DNA of 64,000 nucleotides from the NCBI RefSeq assembly GCF_006345805.1, contig NC_042997.1, positions 23,002,001 to 23,066,000 of the forward strand, given 5' to 3'. Below, piece by piece: positions 37,860-50,496 of the stretch. This DNA is from Octopus sinensis (lineage: Eukaryota). The stretch's first letter is position 1. Each line of letters starts with the position of its first letter. A program made the translations under genes and the position numbers. The notes beneath the pieces are model-generated. The model had not been told where the DNA came from and did no database searches. It worked only from the letters and a program-made list of their open reading frames with translations.

Positions 37860-38170
37860 TAGAAAAGTTAACGGTCACCTACACACATAGATCATTTTTA
37901 GAATTAAATTGCTGTTAACTTCTTTATTAAAAATGTACTTTTTAATCATTGGGATAATTACCCTGCACTCTAATTATCGGAAAATAGGTTGATATTTTAA
38001 AATATTTACTAAATCAATTATTACAATAACCAGTTTAATTACAATCTGTACCGTGACAGTTGTATACTTCCCGCGTACGAAAGTAACGTTTTCTGATTGG
38101 CTACTTCTAAATAACACCGCCATATACAAATTGACATTGCATAACGTTGGTGTTGTCATATTTCATTGAT
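37860..38170 (+). promoter_or_regulatory. Probable KIF14 promoter with cell-cycle-type motifs
   Basis: Locally CpG-richer. TAACGG 37869-37874 and CAGTTG 38057-38062 (MYB-like), TTCCCGCG 38068-38075 (E2F-like), ATTGG 38096-38100 (reverse CCAAT), CCGCCAT 38117-38123 (YY1-like), all within about 400 bp upstream of the ATG. Confidence 0.6.
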
Positions 38171-38263
38171 ATATTCGGTTGGCATAATAATGGGGATTAT
38201 AACCAGGTGGGAATAAAGAAAATACGACTGAAATACTGCGAGAGTCATTCGCGAGAAAATACA

Positions 38264-38463
38264 ATGGATAATGATGTTATATTTACTGAGAAATCTGGTA
38301 TGCGACGGCATACAGTTGACAAACCTTCGGGAACACCCGATTGTTATTCAGCAATTCATCTCCCACAAACTATTGGGAAAACTTCTTTGACACCAGGAAC
38401 TTTTCGTGATGGGGACCAAAGCAGTTTAACTGTTGCTGTACGAGTAAGACCTTTCAATAATTA
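38264..38463 (+). CDS. KIF14: KIF14 coding exon 1 (putative start ATG)
   Basis: acaATGg; MDNDVIFTEK...DQSSLTVAVRVRPFNN then ta|gtaagt; VAVRVRP marks the motor start. Upstream coding exons are not excluded. Confidence 0.88.
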
Positions 38464-39458
38464 GTAAGTATACTAATATATCATGTTAATTATGACAATT
38501 CCTGTTTTAAGTGTAAAGAAGAAACTGCAATTTAATAAAAGCAACGTATGTCTATTGTCTGTATATTCAACAAATTTATGAATTAATTTCGACATATATT
38601 AAGTACGGAAGTGGAGTAATTTGTATTATTTTCCCCCCTGCCCTTGTGTCTATGTGAGTCCTCTAGGCATTCCTTTCCTATATTATTTTCTTTGAACCAT
38701 TAAATCATGGAATATGTGCGTAAATCGACTTGAGATTTTATTGGCATAATTTCTGATTTAAATTAAATTTCATTTACGGTTTTGAGGTAAAAGTCAAATA
38801 CAACTAATGATATATTAGAGGAAAATAGATAATGACTGGGAAATATGTATTTATTGCCGGTTTTGAGGTTTATGAAACAAACTTCGGAACTGGCGATAAT
38901 TTTTTTATGGAAGTGATATTTTTATTAGCTTATTTTTAAACAGATAACTCAATTCAGGGTATATTTATGCCAATAGTTACTGAATATAAATATATATATA
39001 TATATATGGTACTTGTATCGCAGTACCTATATATATAACTGAGTCCATGGTATGTATTTGAAATTTAGTCAACTTCTATTGTATTTACCCCGAGAAACGC
39101 AAGGATGAATGACAAACAAAAGAACCTCTAAGTGAAAAGAAATTGTGAAGAAAAACACTTCAATAATTAATGTATATTTTTGAATAATAACCACAAATTA
39201 TTGTGTTAGAGTATTTTTTTTAATACTTAAGTTCTTTCATTTTGACCGAAAAGCCCAGTCAGACTGAATCGGTTATATAAAAACTGTTTTGAAAAACTTC
39301 GAAACAAATTGACACAGTTTCGTCTGATTGACTGGCTCGGTGCTTTGAGTAGTTTCTGTTACCCGCAATTTATTTTTATTCATACAATTAACTTCATCTT
39401 TAAAGATGAAGAACTTTTCAATATTTACATTGGCATTCTTTCGATATGGTATCGAAAG

Positions 39459-40094
39459 AAGGTAATTATTCAGTGTAACACCCACACAATTTTCACGAAG
39501 AAAAAGAAAATCGGATTTTTTGCATGGAATCAAGTACCCTGACCTCCTTATATGTTGCAAATCCCTTATTTTGGTTCGGAAAAAGGGGAGGCGAAGGGCC
39601 CTTCCCCTAGGTCTCGGATTTATTGGAAATTTTTTCTTTTTTTCGTTGAATGAATTCCTGTGACATTCTAATATGCTACAAAACCCTTATTGGGGTCCGT
39701 AAAACGGAATGGGGGTGAGGTGGAAGCCTCGGAAATTTCACCCACCCCCCGTCCCGGATTCATTGAATTTTTTTTTCTTTAGTGAAAATCGTGCTGTTGA
39801 AAAGATCAATGGGGGTAGGAGTGAATGAAATTTCCGAGGCTTCCACCTCATCACACTCCGTTTTTCGGACCCCCAAAAGGGTTTTGTAGCATATTAGGAA
39901 TTCATTCAACGAAAAAAAAAAAATCCAATGAATCTGGGACCGGCGTGGGGGCCGAATGCCCCACCCCCTCTCTCCCGAACCAAAATAAGGGATTTGCAGC
40001 ATATTAGGAAGTCAGGGTACTTCATTCCACGCAAAAATTTCGATTTTTTTTTCTTAGTGAAAATTGTGTGGGTGTTACTCTGAAAAATTACCTT
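39459..40094. mobile_element. Foldback-like element, about 290-bp inverted arms
   Basis: 39459-39750 is the reverse complement of 39811-40094 (diverged); modules repeated within the arms and spacer. Confidence 0.8.
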
Positions 40095-41836
40095 TATATT
40101 TCCTTTTTCTTTATTCATTCGATTTTATGTAATCCCTCCCCTACTTTGTATCTGTCATCCTTGACCTTCGTAGCAAATAGATAACTATTACCATCATTAT
40201 TATTTTAAAGGGGTGACTTGGCTTAATCGATACAGTGTCGGATTAAACGCATCGTAATATTTAGGTATAATAAATATTTTGTATACATCGCTAAATATTT
40301 TGTATTCAAATTCCACTAATCCAAGAAATAGGAAATCAATCGTCCCCTCCCACAAGATTACCGATTTTGTGCCATTGGGAAAAATGAGGCTTTTAAATCT
40401 AGCATTGCTGACTCTGTTCGTCATCTCCACGCCTGGTTTCCTCTCTCATATGCTTTGCTTTCTTTTTTTTTTTTGACATTACTTACATTATACTTAGGAT
40501 ATTTCTCCAACTTTTCGAAGGAAAAAAAAAAATTATGTATTACACAAACTTAGTGAAGGAGAAAATTATGTAATTCATACTTTTCTTGCTTTAAAAAATA
40601 AGCCACCAATGTATCCAAATAATCGTCTGCTTGAAAACCACCTCCTAAATCTCTTTAGTCTAGATGAGGAAATCTTGATATCAGTCAGCTGTAAATACCA
40701 GAAACAAGATTTGGGTCATGCCCCTTTTGTAAAACAAAAACAACACCCGACATGTAAACTGTCAGTTAACTCCAAAATAAATCTTCTTACTGCTTTATTG
40801 TCCTGGTTCAGCTTTGATCGAATAGACATATATGATCAAAGACATTCTATGCTGGACCAAACTTTTATTCCTACAGAATATCTAGAACTACATTATACAG
40901 ATCTCTGTTTTTTAAGACAGCAACATGTATTGCTTTTTGTAGCAGGCCCAAAAACCATGTAGAGGTTCTTTTTCACACATTTCAAGAGTTACATGTTGTT
41001 TTGTTGCCACCCCTGCTTCTTGTACCATTAGGTTGATGAACAATTCTTGACTGACTTGTCTGACAAGCGCCCATTGTAGTCGTCGTAGTAGTAGTAGTAA
41101 GGTCGGTTGCTCATCATTGCCTAACAAGCATGGTGGTTCATTTGAGACTGTGGAGATGAAGGAATTACTAATTATTGTTTCTCAGGTCAACAGTGAGTGA
41201 ACAAACACGTTTAAGAGCACCTCAGCTACAACCAGCCTGTCTTTTATGAGGCATTAAAGATCACATGATCTAATGTGTCCTTCCTTCATGAAGATGGTAG
41301 AATGTGATCTGAAGGAGGTTTGGGTGCCATTTCTAGCAGATATCTGAGAGGGAATTTTCATTTTCGTTAGCATCTTAGATTATTACATTTGTTGTTACTT
41401 CTTCATTAGGACATTCTAACATGTTGTTACGAAGGAGAAATATTCTGATAAATATAATTTTAAATGGTACTACTTGAAATTGAAATACTGTTTCCTAATT
41501 CTACAAAAGGAAACCAATAATGGATCAATGATTAATTCAGAATTTGTTTCAGGGCTTCAAAATGAAAGCACAAGTATATCTGATTGTCATTATTGTTGAA
41601 TTGCTTGGCTTAAACTGGGATGGGATGCAATTAGCTTTTGTTAGTTACTCGAATAATGGCAGTATTGTGTCATGTTGTCTAATAGCAAAGGTTATCTCAT
41701 GTCTAGTGGAAAATACTAGATAGTGTTTGGTTTTATGTGTGGCTATAGTTCCAGACTCATCAAAATGATGAGAAACACATGCTGACTTCAAGGAACAAGA
41801 ATGATTCTATGATGAGCGATTATTTTTTAATAAAGA

Positions 41837-42019
41837 GGCGTTAGGAAGGGCATCTCCTGGCATTAGGAAGGGTATTGGCGTTAGGAAGGGCATCCAGCTG
41901 TAGAAACACTGCCAGATCAGACTGGAGCCTGGTGCAGCCTTCTGGCTTCCCAGATTCCCGGTCGAACCGTCCAACCCATGCTAGCATGGAGAACTGACGT
42001 TAAACAATGATGATGATGA
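41837..42019 (+). mobile_element. RTE-tail element with triplicated 5' end
   Basis: ggcgttaggaagggcat occurs three times in tandem before the tail. Confidence 0.85.
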
Positions 42020-42628
42020 AATGGAGTGCAAGTCTTGTTCTGCTGTTTCTTTCCTTAATTTATAAACAATAATGTATTCATACCAACCTCCTTTCATATC
42101 TGGAGTTGAACTTTACCCTGGCTGACATCATATATGTATATGATGTAGTTTTACCAGATTTGGGATCAACTCAGCAGTCAGGAATATTATGTAAGCTAAG
42201 CAACGATGTCATGCAATTCATGATATACTTTACACCTTTAAGTTCAAAGTCTAGCTCGAAAATCAGGATTGTATACCTTTCAATCTGGTAGTGGTTTTTG
42301 AAATGGTCAAAATGTTTATATTTTGGCAATTTGCATTATTAATAGTAATTTGTTGCTGAAGAAATAACTTTAGAGATTATGATGTTTTTGATGATTAGAA
42401 TCATTTATAGTGATAATGAGATGTTATCTTCTGGTAAGTATCACAATATGTTCCTTAAAGCTTAATGGATTTTCAACCAGACCTCTGTGTCTTGAGTCCA
42501 CATGTAATCACTGTTGATTTTTGACTATTACTCAGACATAAATGGGAGCATTAAGTTAATGGAGTGCTAACCTTATAAAAACTGATGGAGAATATTTGCT
42601 TCTGTTTCTATTTTTATTTTTGTTTTAG

Positions 42629-42883
42629 TGAACAAAGCCAATCTGATATACACTGTATTGTGTCAGTGGAAGATAAACAAACCACCGTGAAGACAGAAAC
42701 AGGTCACACACACAACTATTCCTTTGATTATTCTTTCTGGTCATTTAATAAAGAAGATAGTAATTTTGCTGATCAACATCTAGTTTACGAATCTTTAGCT
42801 GCACCATTACTGAAGAAAGCTCTGCAAGGATATAACATCAGTTTATTTGCTTATGGTCAGACAGGGAGTGGAAAAAGTTTCAG
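42629..42883 (+). CDS. KIF14: KIF14 exon 2 (P-loop)
   Basis: tag|...|gtatgt; ...YSFDYSFWSF...[33 protein letters not shown], close to human KIF14 [32 protein letters not shown]. Confidence 0.97.
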
Positions 42884-43360
42884 GTATGTATTCTCCACTG
42901 CCATCATCATCATCACCATCATCATTGATATTTTCTATTTGAAGTAGTATTTTTGTTATAATGAAATTCTGAATTTATTACCATTTAAAATTGAAATTAT
43001 CTCTTGTCAATTGTTTAATGTATTTTAGATATCTTTATTTAATTGCATTCATATAAACAACATCCATAGCTAGTGGTGAGCCTCCAGAAAACTGCAATAT
43101 GGTTGCAATTACCAGCTGATTCACTGCACTTGTTAATTGTAATTTTCTGTGCTTGATACAGTTGATACTTCTTATTCATATCTTCACATTTCTTGAAATA
43201 TGTGTCACAGTGAAACAATGCCTTTTTCCTTTTGGCAGCATAGTTGTTTCATTTTTCTTTTCAGTTTAATTTTTTCTATGATTCATTTATGTTTAATTTA
43301 TTTATAATTTTGTATTGTGTGTAGACATTTTAATCTGTGCCAAATTTTTTTTTTGTTTAG

Positions 43361-43448
43361 TATGATGGGTCACACTGAGGAAGAAGGTATAATTCCAAGA
43401 TTTAGCAGAGAACTTTTCTTGAAAAGTCAAGATACTGAAAATATTAAG
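43361..43448 (+). CDS. KIF14: KIF14 exon 3
   Basis: tag|...|gtgtgt; (S)MMGHTEEEGIIPRFSRELFLKSQDTENIK. Confidence 0.95.
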
Positions 43449-43568
43449 GTGTGTGTTTTTACTTTAGGGTTACTTCATTTTTCAGAAATTAGGGACAGTA
43501 AACACTGAAGATGTACAGAAAACAGATTCCATCACATGCCAGGGGAAAAAACTAGAAGTAGTTAACAG

Positions 43569-44330
43569 CTTCCACTACCTAGGCGGCCAAGTCTGTAGTG
43601 GGGGTGGTTGCTCTGAGAGTGTAGCGGCTAGAATAAGAATAGCCTGAGCAAAGTTCAGGGAGATCCTACCTCTGCTGGCAACTAAGGGCTTCTCGCTCAG
43701 GATGAAAGGTAGACTGTATGATGCATGTGTGCGAACTGCCATGCTACATAGCAGTGAAACATGGACCATGACTGCTGAGGACATGTGTAGGTTTGAAAGA
43801 AATGAAGCTAGTATGATCTGCTGGATGTGTAATGTCAGTGTTCATACACGATAGAGTGTAAGTGCCTGGAGACAAAAGCTGGACATAAGAAGCATCAAAT
43901 GTGGTATGCAAGAGAGACAACTGCACTGGTATGGTCATGTATTATGTATGGATGAGGACAGTTGTGTGAGGAAGTGTTACTCCTTAACTGTGGAAGAAAC
44001 CTGTGGAAGTGGTAGACCAGGAAGACAAGGGATGAGGTGGTGAAGCATGACCTCTGAACATTGGGCCTCACCGAGGCAATGACAGGAGACTGAGACCATT
44101 GGAGATATGCTGTGATTGAGAAAACCCGGCAACTAAAGTGAGATCGTAGCCATGGCCAATTCCAGTGTTGCATGTCTGGCCCATTTAAGAGTACCATTGA
44201 TGCATTGGGTGATATGATATGCTTGAGAAGTCCTGTTGAGTCAAGTAAAATCAAAATTGCAGCTGTGGCCAGTGCCCTTTGACTGGCTCCCATTCCAGTA
44301 GCATGTAAAATGCATCATCTGAACATGGCA
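43569..44330 (+). mobile_element. RTE LINE 3' fragment
   Basis: KGRLYDACVRTAMLHSSETW-type frames with stops. Confidence 0.85.
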
Positions 44331-44984
44331 TATTTTCTGTAATGGTGTGCAGTGTGCACATACCTCCAAATGTTAATTCTATGTCATTTCATGTTTCAGG
44401 ATCAACTTAAATATTTTGAGCTATTTTGTTTGAAGTTTTACTTGGACTTGCTTTGTTTTAACACCTAACATTTTACAGAACTTTCATCCATTTTACCCTT
44501 CAGAAATACTATGCTTCTAACATTTCCATCTAAACAACAATGTTATCTAGTATTAATTTGTTTATTAGCGGTGTCCAAAGTTTTTAATCTCATTGTTATT
44601 CATATTGGCATCAACTGAAACTGTGTATATAGTGTAATTGAATTACACATTATACTTCCCGCTTAATATTGAGTTGACGGGCTTTAGAGATTCATACTGC
44701 AGCAACTTGGCCGTGGTTATGCTTATCTCTACATCTCATTTAAAGCTTAACATTTCCAAAATTTCTAATGTTCTAAAGTGTGAATCAATATTTTTCTGGA
44801 TAGAACTTCTATTTTAAGACTAGGGGCAAAAATGAAGAAGAAAAGGTTAAAGCCTGTATTACTGAATACTAATTTGAATCTTGAATTGTATACTTAGTCA
44901 TTAAAGATGGTATAAGTAACTCTCATGAGTTCATACTCTGATTTTTATTGAGTTCTTTTTCTGGATCTACAAGCACGAAAAAAA

Positions 44985-45545
44985 ATTTTCTCATCACTGT
45001 GTGGTCAAGAAGCTCACTTTGCAACCGTGATTTTTGGTTCAGCCCCACTATGTGGCTCCTTGGGCAAGTACTATAGCCCTGGGCCAATGAATACCTCGTC
45101 AGTGAATTTGGTGGACAAAAACTGTGGAAGTCCATCATGTATATGTGTGTGTGTCTGCATGTCTTCGTGCTTGTATTGTGTCCTTACTCCCACCTCTTGA
45201 CAACTGGTGATAGTTTATTTACAATCCGCATAACTTAGCAGTTTGACAAAAGGCCAAGAATATAAGCACCAAACTTAAGAAAATAAGATCTAGGGTTGAT
45301 CTACACTAGCGTGACAGAGAAGCCAGGTCGTACCTGTAATAAACCCAATTCTTAGATATGGATGGGTGCGTTCGACCGTGCGCGGGGCAGCGGGAACAGC
45401 AACACCATGGATAGTGTGTGAGTGTAGGGACGCCTAACCTGGACAGATCGGCCGAAAGTGTCAGCGATCGATGTTCAGATGGATCATTCAACTAAAACCC
45501 GTCAAGGTGGTGCCCCAGCAGACCAGTGCCTGCAGTAAGTAAAAG
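44985..45545 (+). mobile_element. CORE-type SINE interrupted by a ~180-bp insertion
   Basis: SINE resumes at attcaactaaaacccgtcaagg after 45483. Confidence 0.75.
45306..45483 (-). mobile_element. Mini Helitron-like insertion, 178 bp
   Basis: Minus strand A|TCCATC... start, hairpin caggt-acg-acctg, then CTAG|T; CpG-rich. Confidence 0.5.
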
Positions 45546-46070
45546 ACAAAAGACTATAAACTGTATATTACATGAGGTATTACACCTTTATTTCTTTTCA
45601 TTATAGAATATTCTAGAACATTCTACCTGTTTGAGCTGTTTCTTGCACAAGCATTCAAATTTATCTCCTAACTAAATTTATTATTTGTTCATTAGTTTTA
45701 GATTTTAGTAATTTCTCTTTTGCACATTATGACTGTTGTAACACTTTCATACTGGCATTTGAGTGTTCCATTCTAATAGTTTCAGAATATAAATTATTTA
45801 TATTTCATGGCTCATTTCTGTAATTTGTTTTCTTGTCTTTTTAGTTGAGAGCAGACTTTCTTAGCTCAATATCATGTCAAGTCTTGTTGCAGCATTTTCT
45901 TACCTTTTACATTATCAATTATCAAGTTAAACTATCCATATTTTTACTGATATTTTTCCACCAATGGTACATTGATGTACTGTACTGTTGTCATTCAGTT
46001 CAAAATTTTGCATGTTTCTTATTCTTTCAAAGTAAAACAGTATAAAACTTACCTTTTATTTTAATTCCAG

Positions 46071-46169
46071 GTGAAAACTAATCTGGAGATCAGTTTCTTT
46101 GAAATCTATAATGAAAAGATACATGACCTTTTATCATCAAAGAAAGACAAAGCAGACAAAAAGATCTCT
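46071..46169 (+). CDS. KIF14: KIF14 exon 4
   Basis: cag|...|gtaagt; VKTNLEISFFEIYNEKIHDLLSSKKDKADKKIS. Confidence 0.96.
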
Positions 46170-46277
46170 GTAAGTTTAGAAAGCACAACATTTTACTTTG
46201 ATTTTCTTTGAATTCTTTAACATGATTATGTTGTGTTTAATTAAATTATGTGGAGACTTAAGGTTTGGAGAGCCCAG

Positions 46278-47880
46278 CATAAAAGTTGCAGAGAGAGTCA
46301 TAGCCCAGCTAATTAGGGAGAGAATTAGTCTAGATGAGATGCAGTTTGTTGTTTTTGCCAGGTAGAAGCACCACTGATGCTATATTTCTGGTAAGGCAAC
46401 TGCAGGAGAAATACCTAGCCAAAGATAAACATCTGTACTTGGCTTCTGTTGACTTGGAGAAAGTTTTTGACAGTCCCCCGATCCCTTATCTGCGGAAACT
46501 AGATAGACAAGTGGTTGGTGAGAGCCATATAAGCCTTGTACAAGAACACTACCAGTAAGGTGAGGGTGAACAATGAGTACAATGAAGAATTCAGGGTACA
46601 ATTAAGGGTTCACCAAGGATTGGTGCTCAGCCTCCTCTTGTTCATCATAGCCCTCCAGGTAATAACAGAGGAATTCAAGACAGGCTTTCCTTTGAAGCTC
46701 CTCTATGCTGATGACCTTGCTCTTATAGCTGAATCACTACCTGAACTAGAGAAGTTCCAGGTATGGAAACAAGGTCTGGAATCAAACGACCTTAGAGTTA
46801 ACCTAGCAAAAACCAAAGTCATAGTAAGTAGGAAGGCAGACGAATCACAAATCCCTTTAGGTAGATAGCCCTGCTCAATCTATAGAAAAGGTGTAGGTAG
46901 AAACTCCCATAAGATGCACCCAGTATAAGCTTTGGACGCATAAAAGGTGCAGCAACATTAGAGGAAGGTTAAAGAAACTAACTTTTGTATATGGAAAGTG
47001 CACAGGTACAATAAATGCTGAAAATGCACAGAAAATAGACTCCATGAACTGCCAGTGGGGGCAAGCTAGAGGTAGTAGATAGCTTCCGTTACCTTGATGA
47101 CCAAGTTAGTAGTGGAGGTGGATGCTGCAAGACATAGCTGTGAGAATAAGATTAAGCTGGGCAAAGTTCAGAGAGCTCCTACCTCTGCTGGTAACAAAGA
47201 GCCTCAGTCTTAAAGTGAAAGGCAGATTGTTTGATGCCTATTTGCAAACACCTATGCCGCATGGCAGTAAAACATGGGCTATGACAGTTGAGGACATGCG
47301 TAGGCTTGAAAGAAATGAAGCCAGTATGCTTTGCTGGATGTGCAATGACAGTGTAAGCATCTTGAGAGAAAAGTTAGACATAAGAGGAATCAGATGTGGT
47401 GTGCAGGAGAGACGACTGCACTGGTATAGTCATGTGTATGGATGAGGACAGCTGTGTAAAGAAGTGTGGATCTCTAACTGTGGAGGGGACCTGTGGTTGA
47501 GGTAGACCCAGGAAAACATGGGATGAGGTGGTGAAATATGATCTTCAAATTTTGAGCCTCACAGAGGCAATGACTGGTGACTGAGACCTTTGGCACTGTG
47601 CTGTGCTTAAGAGGACCCTTCAAGCCAAGTGCACCCATGCTGGTGGCACACAAAGAACATCTTTTGAACATTGGGCCTCACAGAAGGAAAGTGGCTAAGT
47701 TTCGCTCAGGTGTTGGACCTCACAGAGCAAAGTGGCTGAGTTCTTTTCGAGTGTTGGGCCTTACGGAGGCAATGACCAAGACCTTTGGCATTATGTCATG
47801 CTTGAGAAGACCCATCAAGCTGAGCAAAATCACAGTCTTGGCAGATACCGGTGTTTTGCAATTGGCACATAAACGCACCC
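46278..47880 (+). mobile_element. RTE LINE ORF2 fragment (RT domain), decayed
   Basis: TTDAIFLVRQLQEKYL, VHQGLVLSLLLFII, LLYADDLALIAES, KGRLFDAY; multiple frameshifts. Confidence 0.93.
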
Positions 47881-47904
47881 TGGTGCCATTTTTATTTTTT
47901 AGAA

Positions 47905-48690
47905 ATGGGGGTCAGTCAATTGCTTCCATTCCAGTGCTCAACTGGTACTTATTTTATCAACCTTGAAAGGATGAAAGGCAAAGTTGACCTCAGCCATATT
48001 TGAACTCAGAATGTAATTAGTCAGAAGAAATGCTGCTAAGCATTTTGCCCAGCACAGAAACAATTCTGTCAGCTTGCTATTAATAAAAATAATAATAATC
48101 ATCATCATCATCGTTTAACGTCTGCTTTCCATGCTGGCATGGGTTGGACGGTTCAACTGGGGTCTGGGAAGCCAGAAGGCTGCACCAGGCCCAGTCTGAT
48201 CTGGCAGTGTTACTACAGCTGGATGCCCTTCCTAACGCCAACCACTCCGTGAGTGTAGTGGGTGCTTTTTACGTGCCAGTCGAAGCTGGCAAACAGCCAT
48301 GATCGGATGGTGCTTTTTACGTGCCACTGGCACGGAGAACAGACGAAGCTGGCAACGGTCACGATCGGATGGTGCTTTTTACGTGCCACCGGCACCGAGG
48401 CCAGTCGGGGCGGCGCTGGCTACGGCCACGTTCGGATGGTTCTCTTAATAGTAGTAATAATCCTTTCTACAATAGATACAAGGCCTGAAATTTTGAGGGG
48501 TGGTGATGGGAGGACAGCAAGTCAATTACATTGACTCTAATGCTTGACTGATACTTGTTTTATTGACACTGACAGGATGGAAAGCAAACTCACCCTTGGC
48601 AGAATTTGAACTCAGAATGTAAGGAGCTGGAAGAAATGCCACTAAGCATTTTGTCCAGCATGATAATAATTCTGCCAGCTCACTGCCTTA
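47905..48690 (-). mobile_element. Cluster: SINE (47905-48080), RTE-tail (48098-48445), SINE (48520-48690)
   Basis: gaatttgaactcagaatgtaa B-box motifs; (CAT)n RTE tail with tandem units. Confidence 0.8.
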
Positions 48691-49738
48691 ATAACAACAG
48701 TAGACATCAATCTTACTAAGTCTACTAACTATTTAAGAAATGATGATAAACAGGATAATAGGTGCAGCAGTGTGCAGTTAAATAAGGATCCAGGTTCACT
48801 CTCCTGATTTGTATAGAACTAGACATTTTTCTTGATTGAAGTAATGGTTAACCATTACTGTCGCTCATTCTCTCTTACTACTATAAACCACAAGAAACCA
48901 AATAAGATGATAATCCACTTGATAATTCTCTTTCTGCTATGCAAATGTATGTAGGTTTTAGATTGATGTGAAGTCACCATCTGCTAACATGCAAATAATG
49001 GATATAATTCTTCTCTGAGACACAATCCATCTCTTCTGTCTAAGCCATGCTCTTTAAATTTTCCATGAAAGACGGTGTTTGCATATATGTAGAATTCATT
49101 CTCCTTATTATTCATCTCTCTCTGTATCACCTGAATATCAACAATAACTTCCTGTTACTCCAGTTCAAAATCTTTTCCACTATTCCTCTATGTTCACTTG
49201 TTCTTTATACTCCTCCCTAAACTTCATCCCTGACTGACTCCATACAAAATTCGACTAAGACCTACAAGAAAGTCCTATCATCTATGGAACCATACTGCTA
49301 CTTGCATGCATGTGTGCATACATGGACACACAATCCCTTTAATTAACTGTTAATGAGTCATTACTGTTTCAGTCACTACTTCACTAATATGTTTCTTCTC
49401 CCTTTCTCTTCTATTGTTACATCTATCTCTATCCCTCTGAACTATCTATTTGTCATTTCAATTGACCCACCTTTCACTTTTTGCTGTATTTCACCTTACA
49501 GACCCTGCACTAACACTCAGCTTAATACTTCCTCCTCAGAACTGCAATCCTCTTGAATTCCCTACCTGTCCATTTTTTTATCTTTAAATATTGACCTACA
49601 GATATACATGCTAAACATCAACCACATCAAGTTCATTAGTCTCAGAAGTCTTGCTATGGTCATAGACAATGCTGCTCTTATTTTGATTAGCTTTTAAAAA
49701 AAAACATGTTAATAATGTTTACAATTTTTTGATTTCAG

Positions 49739-49822
49739 TTAAAAGTTCGTGAACATCCTGTTTTGGGCCCTTATATTGAAGGACTTTCTACATTTGTAGT
49801 TAATTCCTTTGAAGATATTCAG
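49739..49822 (+). CDS. KIF14: KIF14 exon 5
   Basis: cag|...|gtaagc; [28 protein letters not shown]. Confidence 0.96.
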
Positions 49823-49879
49823 GTAAGCCAGTAATTTATTTTTCTACATTTTTGTTCAAGAATTAGGCTCTGTGGATGA

Positions 49880-50350
49880 TCATCTATGCAGCAGTTGGTT
49901 GATCAAGTTGGGTGGGAAAGCATGTTCTGGTCCCACATCTGAAACAGCACTACAACATGTTCAGATGTCTTAGATAACATCCAAACAAAGGCCATCTGAC
50001 TAATTGACAGAAAGTTATTCATTGATATGCTCCAACTTTTGGATTACAGACATGCCATCTCTCTTTGCTTTTTTTATTGCTGCAGCTGTGGCTTCTACTC
50101 CACTAAGGCATTTTCAACTCCCTTGTCTCTCCTCCTTTCGTCACCTGCTTCCAGTCTCCATGATAACCACTACACTTAGCTATTTCTCTAGAGAATGTCA
50201 CATCCCTGGTATTCCCACCTTTCCTTTTTTCTCCACATTGATCTTGCCAGTCTTAGAGGGCCTGCAATGGCCATGGGCACAGCTCCCTTCTCCCGACCAA
50301 GTAAAAATAAAAATGCACCTGTATTTCCTTGGTAAGAAGAAGAAAGCATT
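49880..50350 (+). mobile_element. Highly decayed LINE 3' end
   Basis: LDNIQTKAI*LI...LQLLDYRHAISLCFF resembles the LDxIQxRAxRLI...HRRxVxSL motif at non-LTR ORF2 C-termini. Confidence 0.45.
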
Positions 50351-50496
50351 GATATGAACTGAGACTACAGAGCATTGAGGAGGCAACACAGATTAAGCAT
50401 ATTAGCTAATGGAATAACATTTTTTTTCCCTTGGTAAAGTATGTTGTTTTAATTGTCCTACAACACAGAAAGTAAAATATTTCAATATATTATAAA

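Noticed and set aside
48738-48810. C/D snoRNA-like ATGATGA...CTGA
   Set aside because: No convincing terminal stem or D'/C' boxes, only about 9 nt of rRNA complementarity, and far from the 3' splice site.
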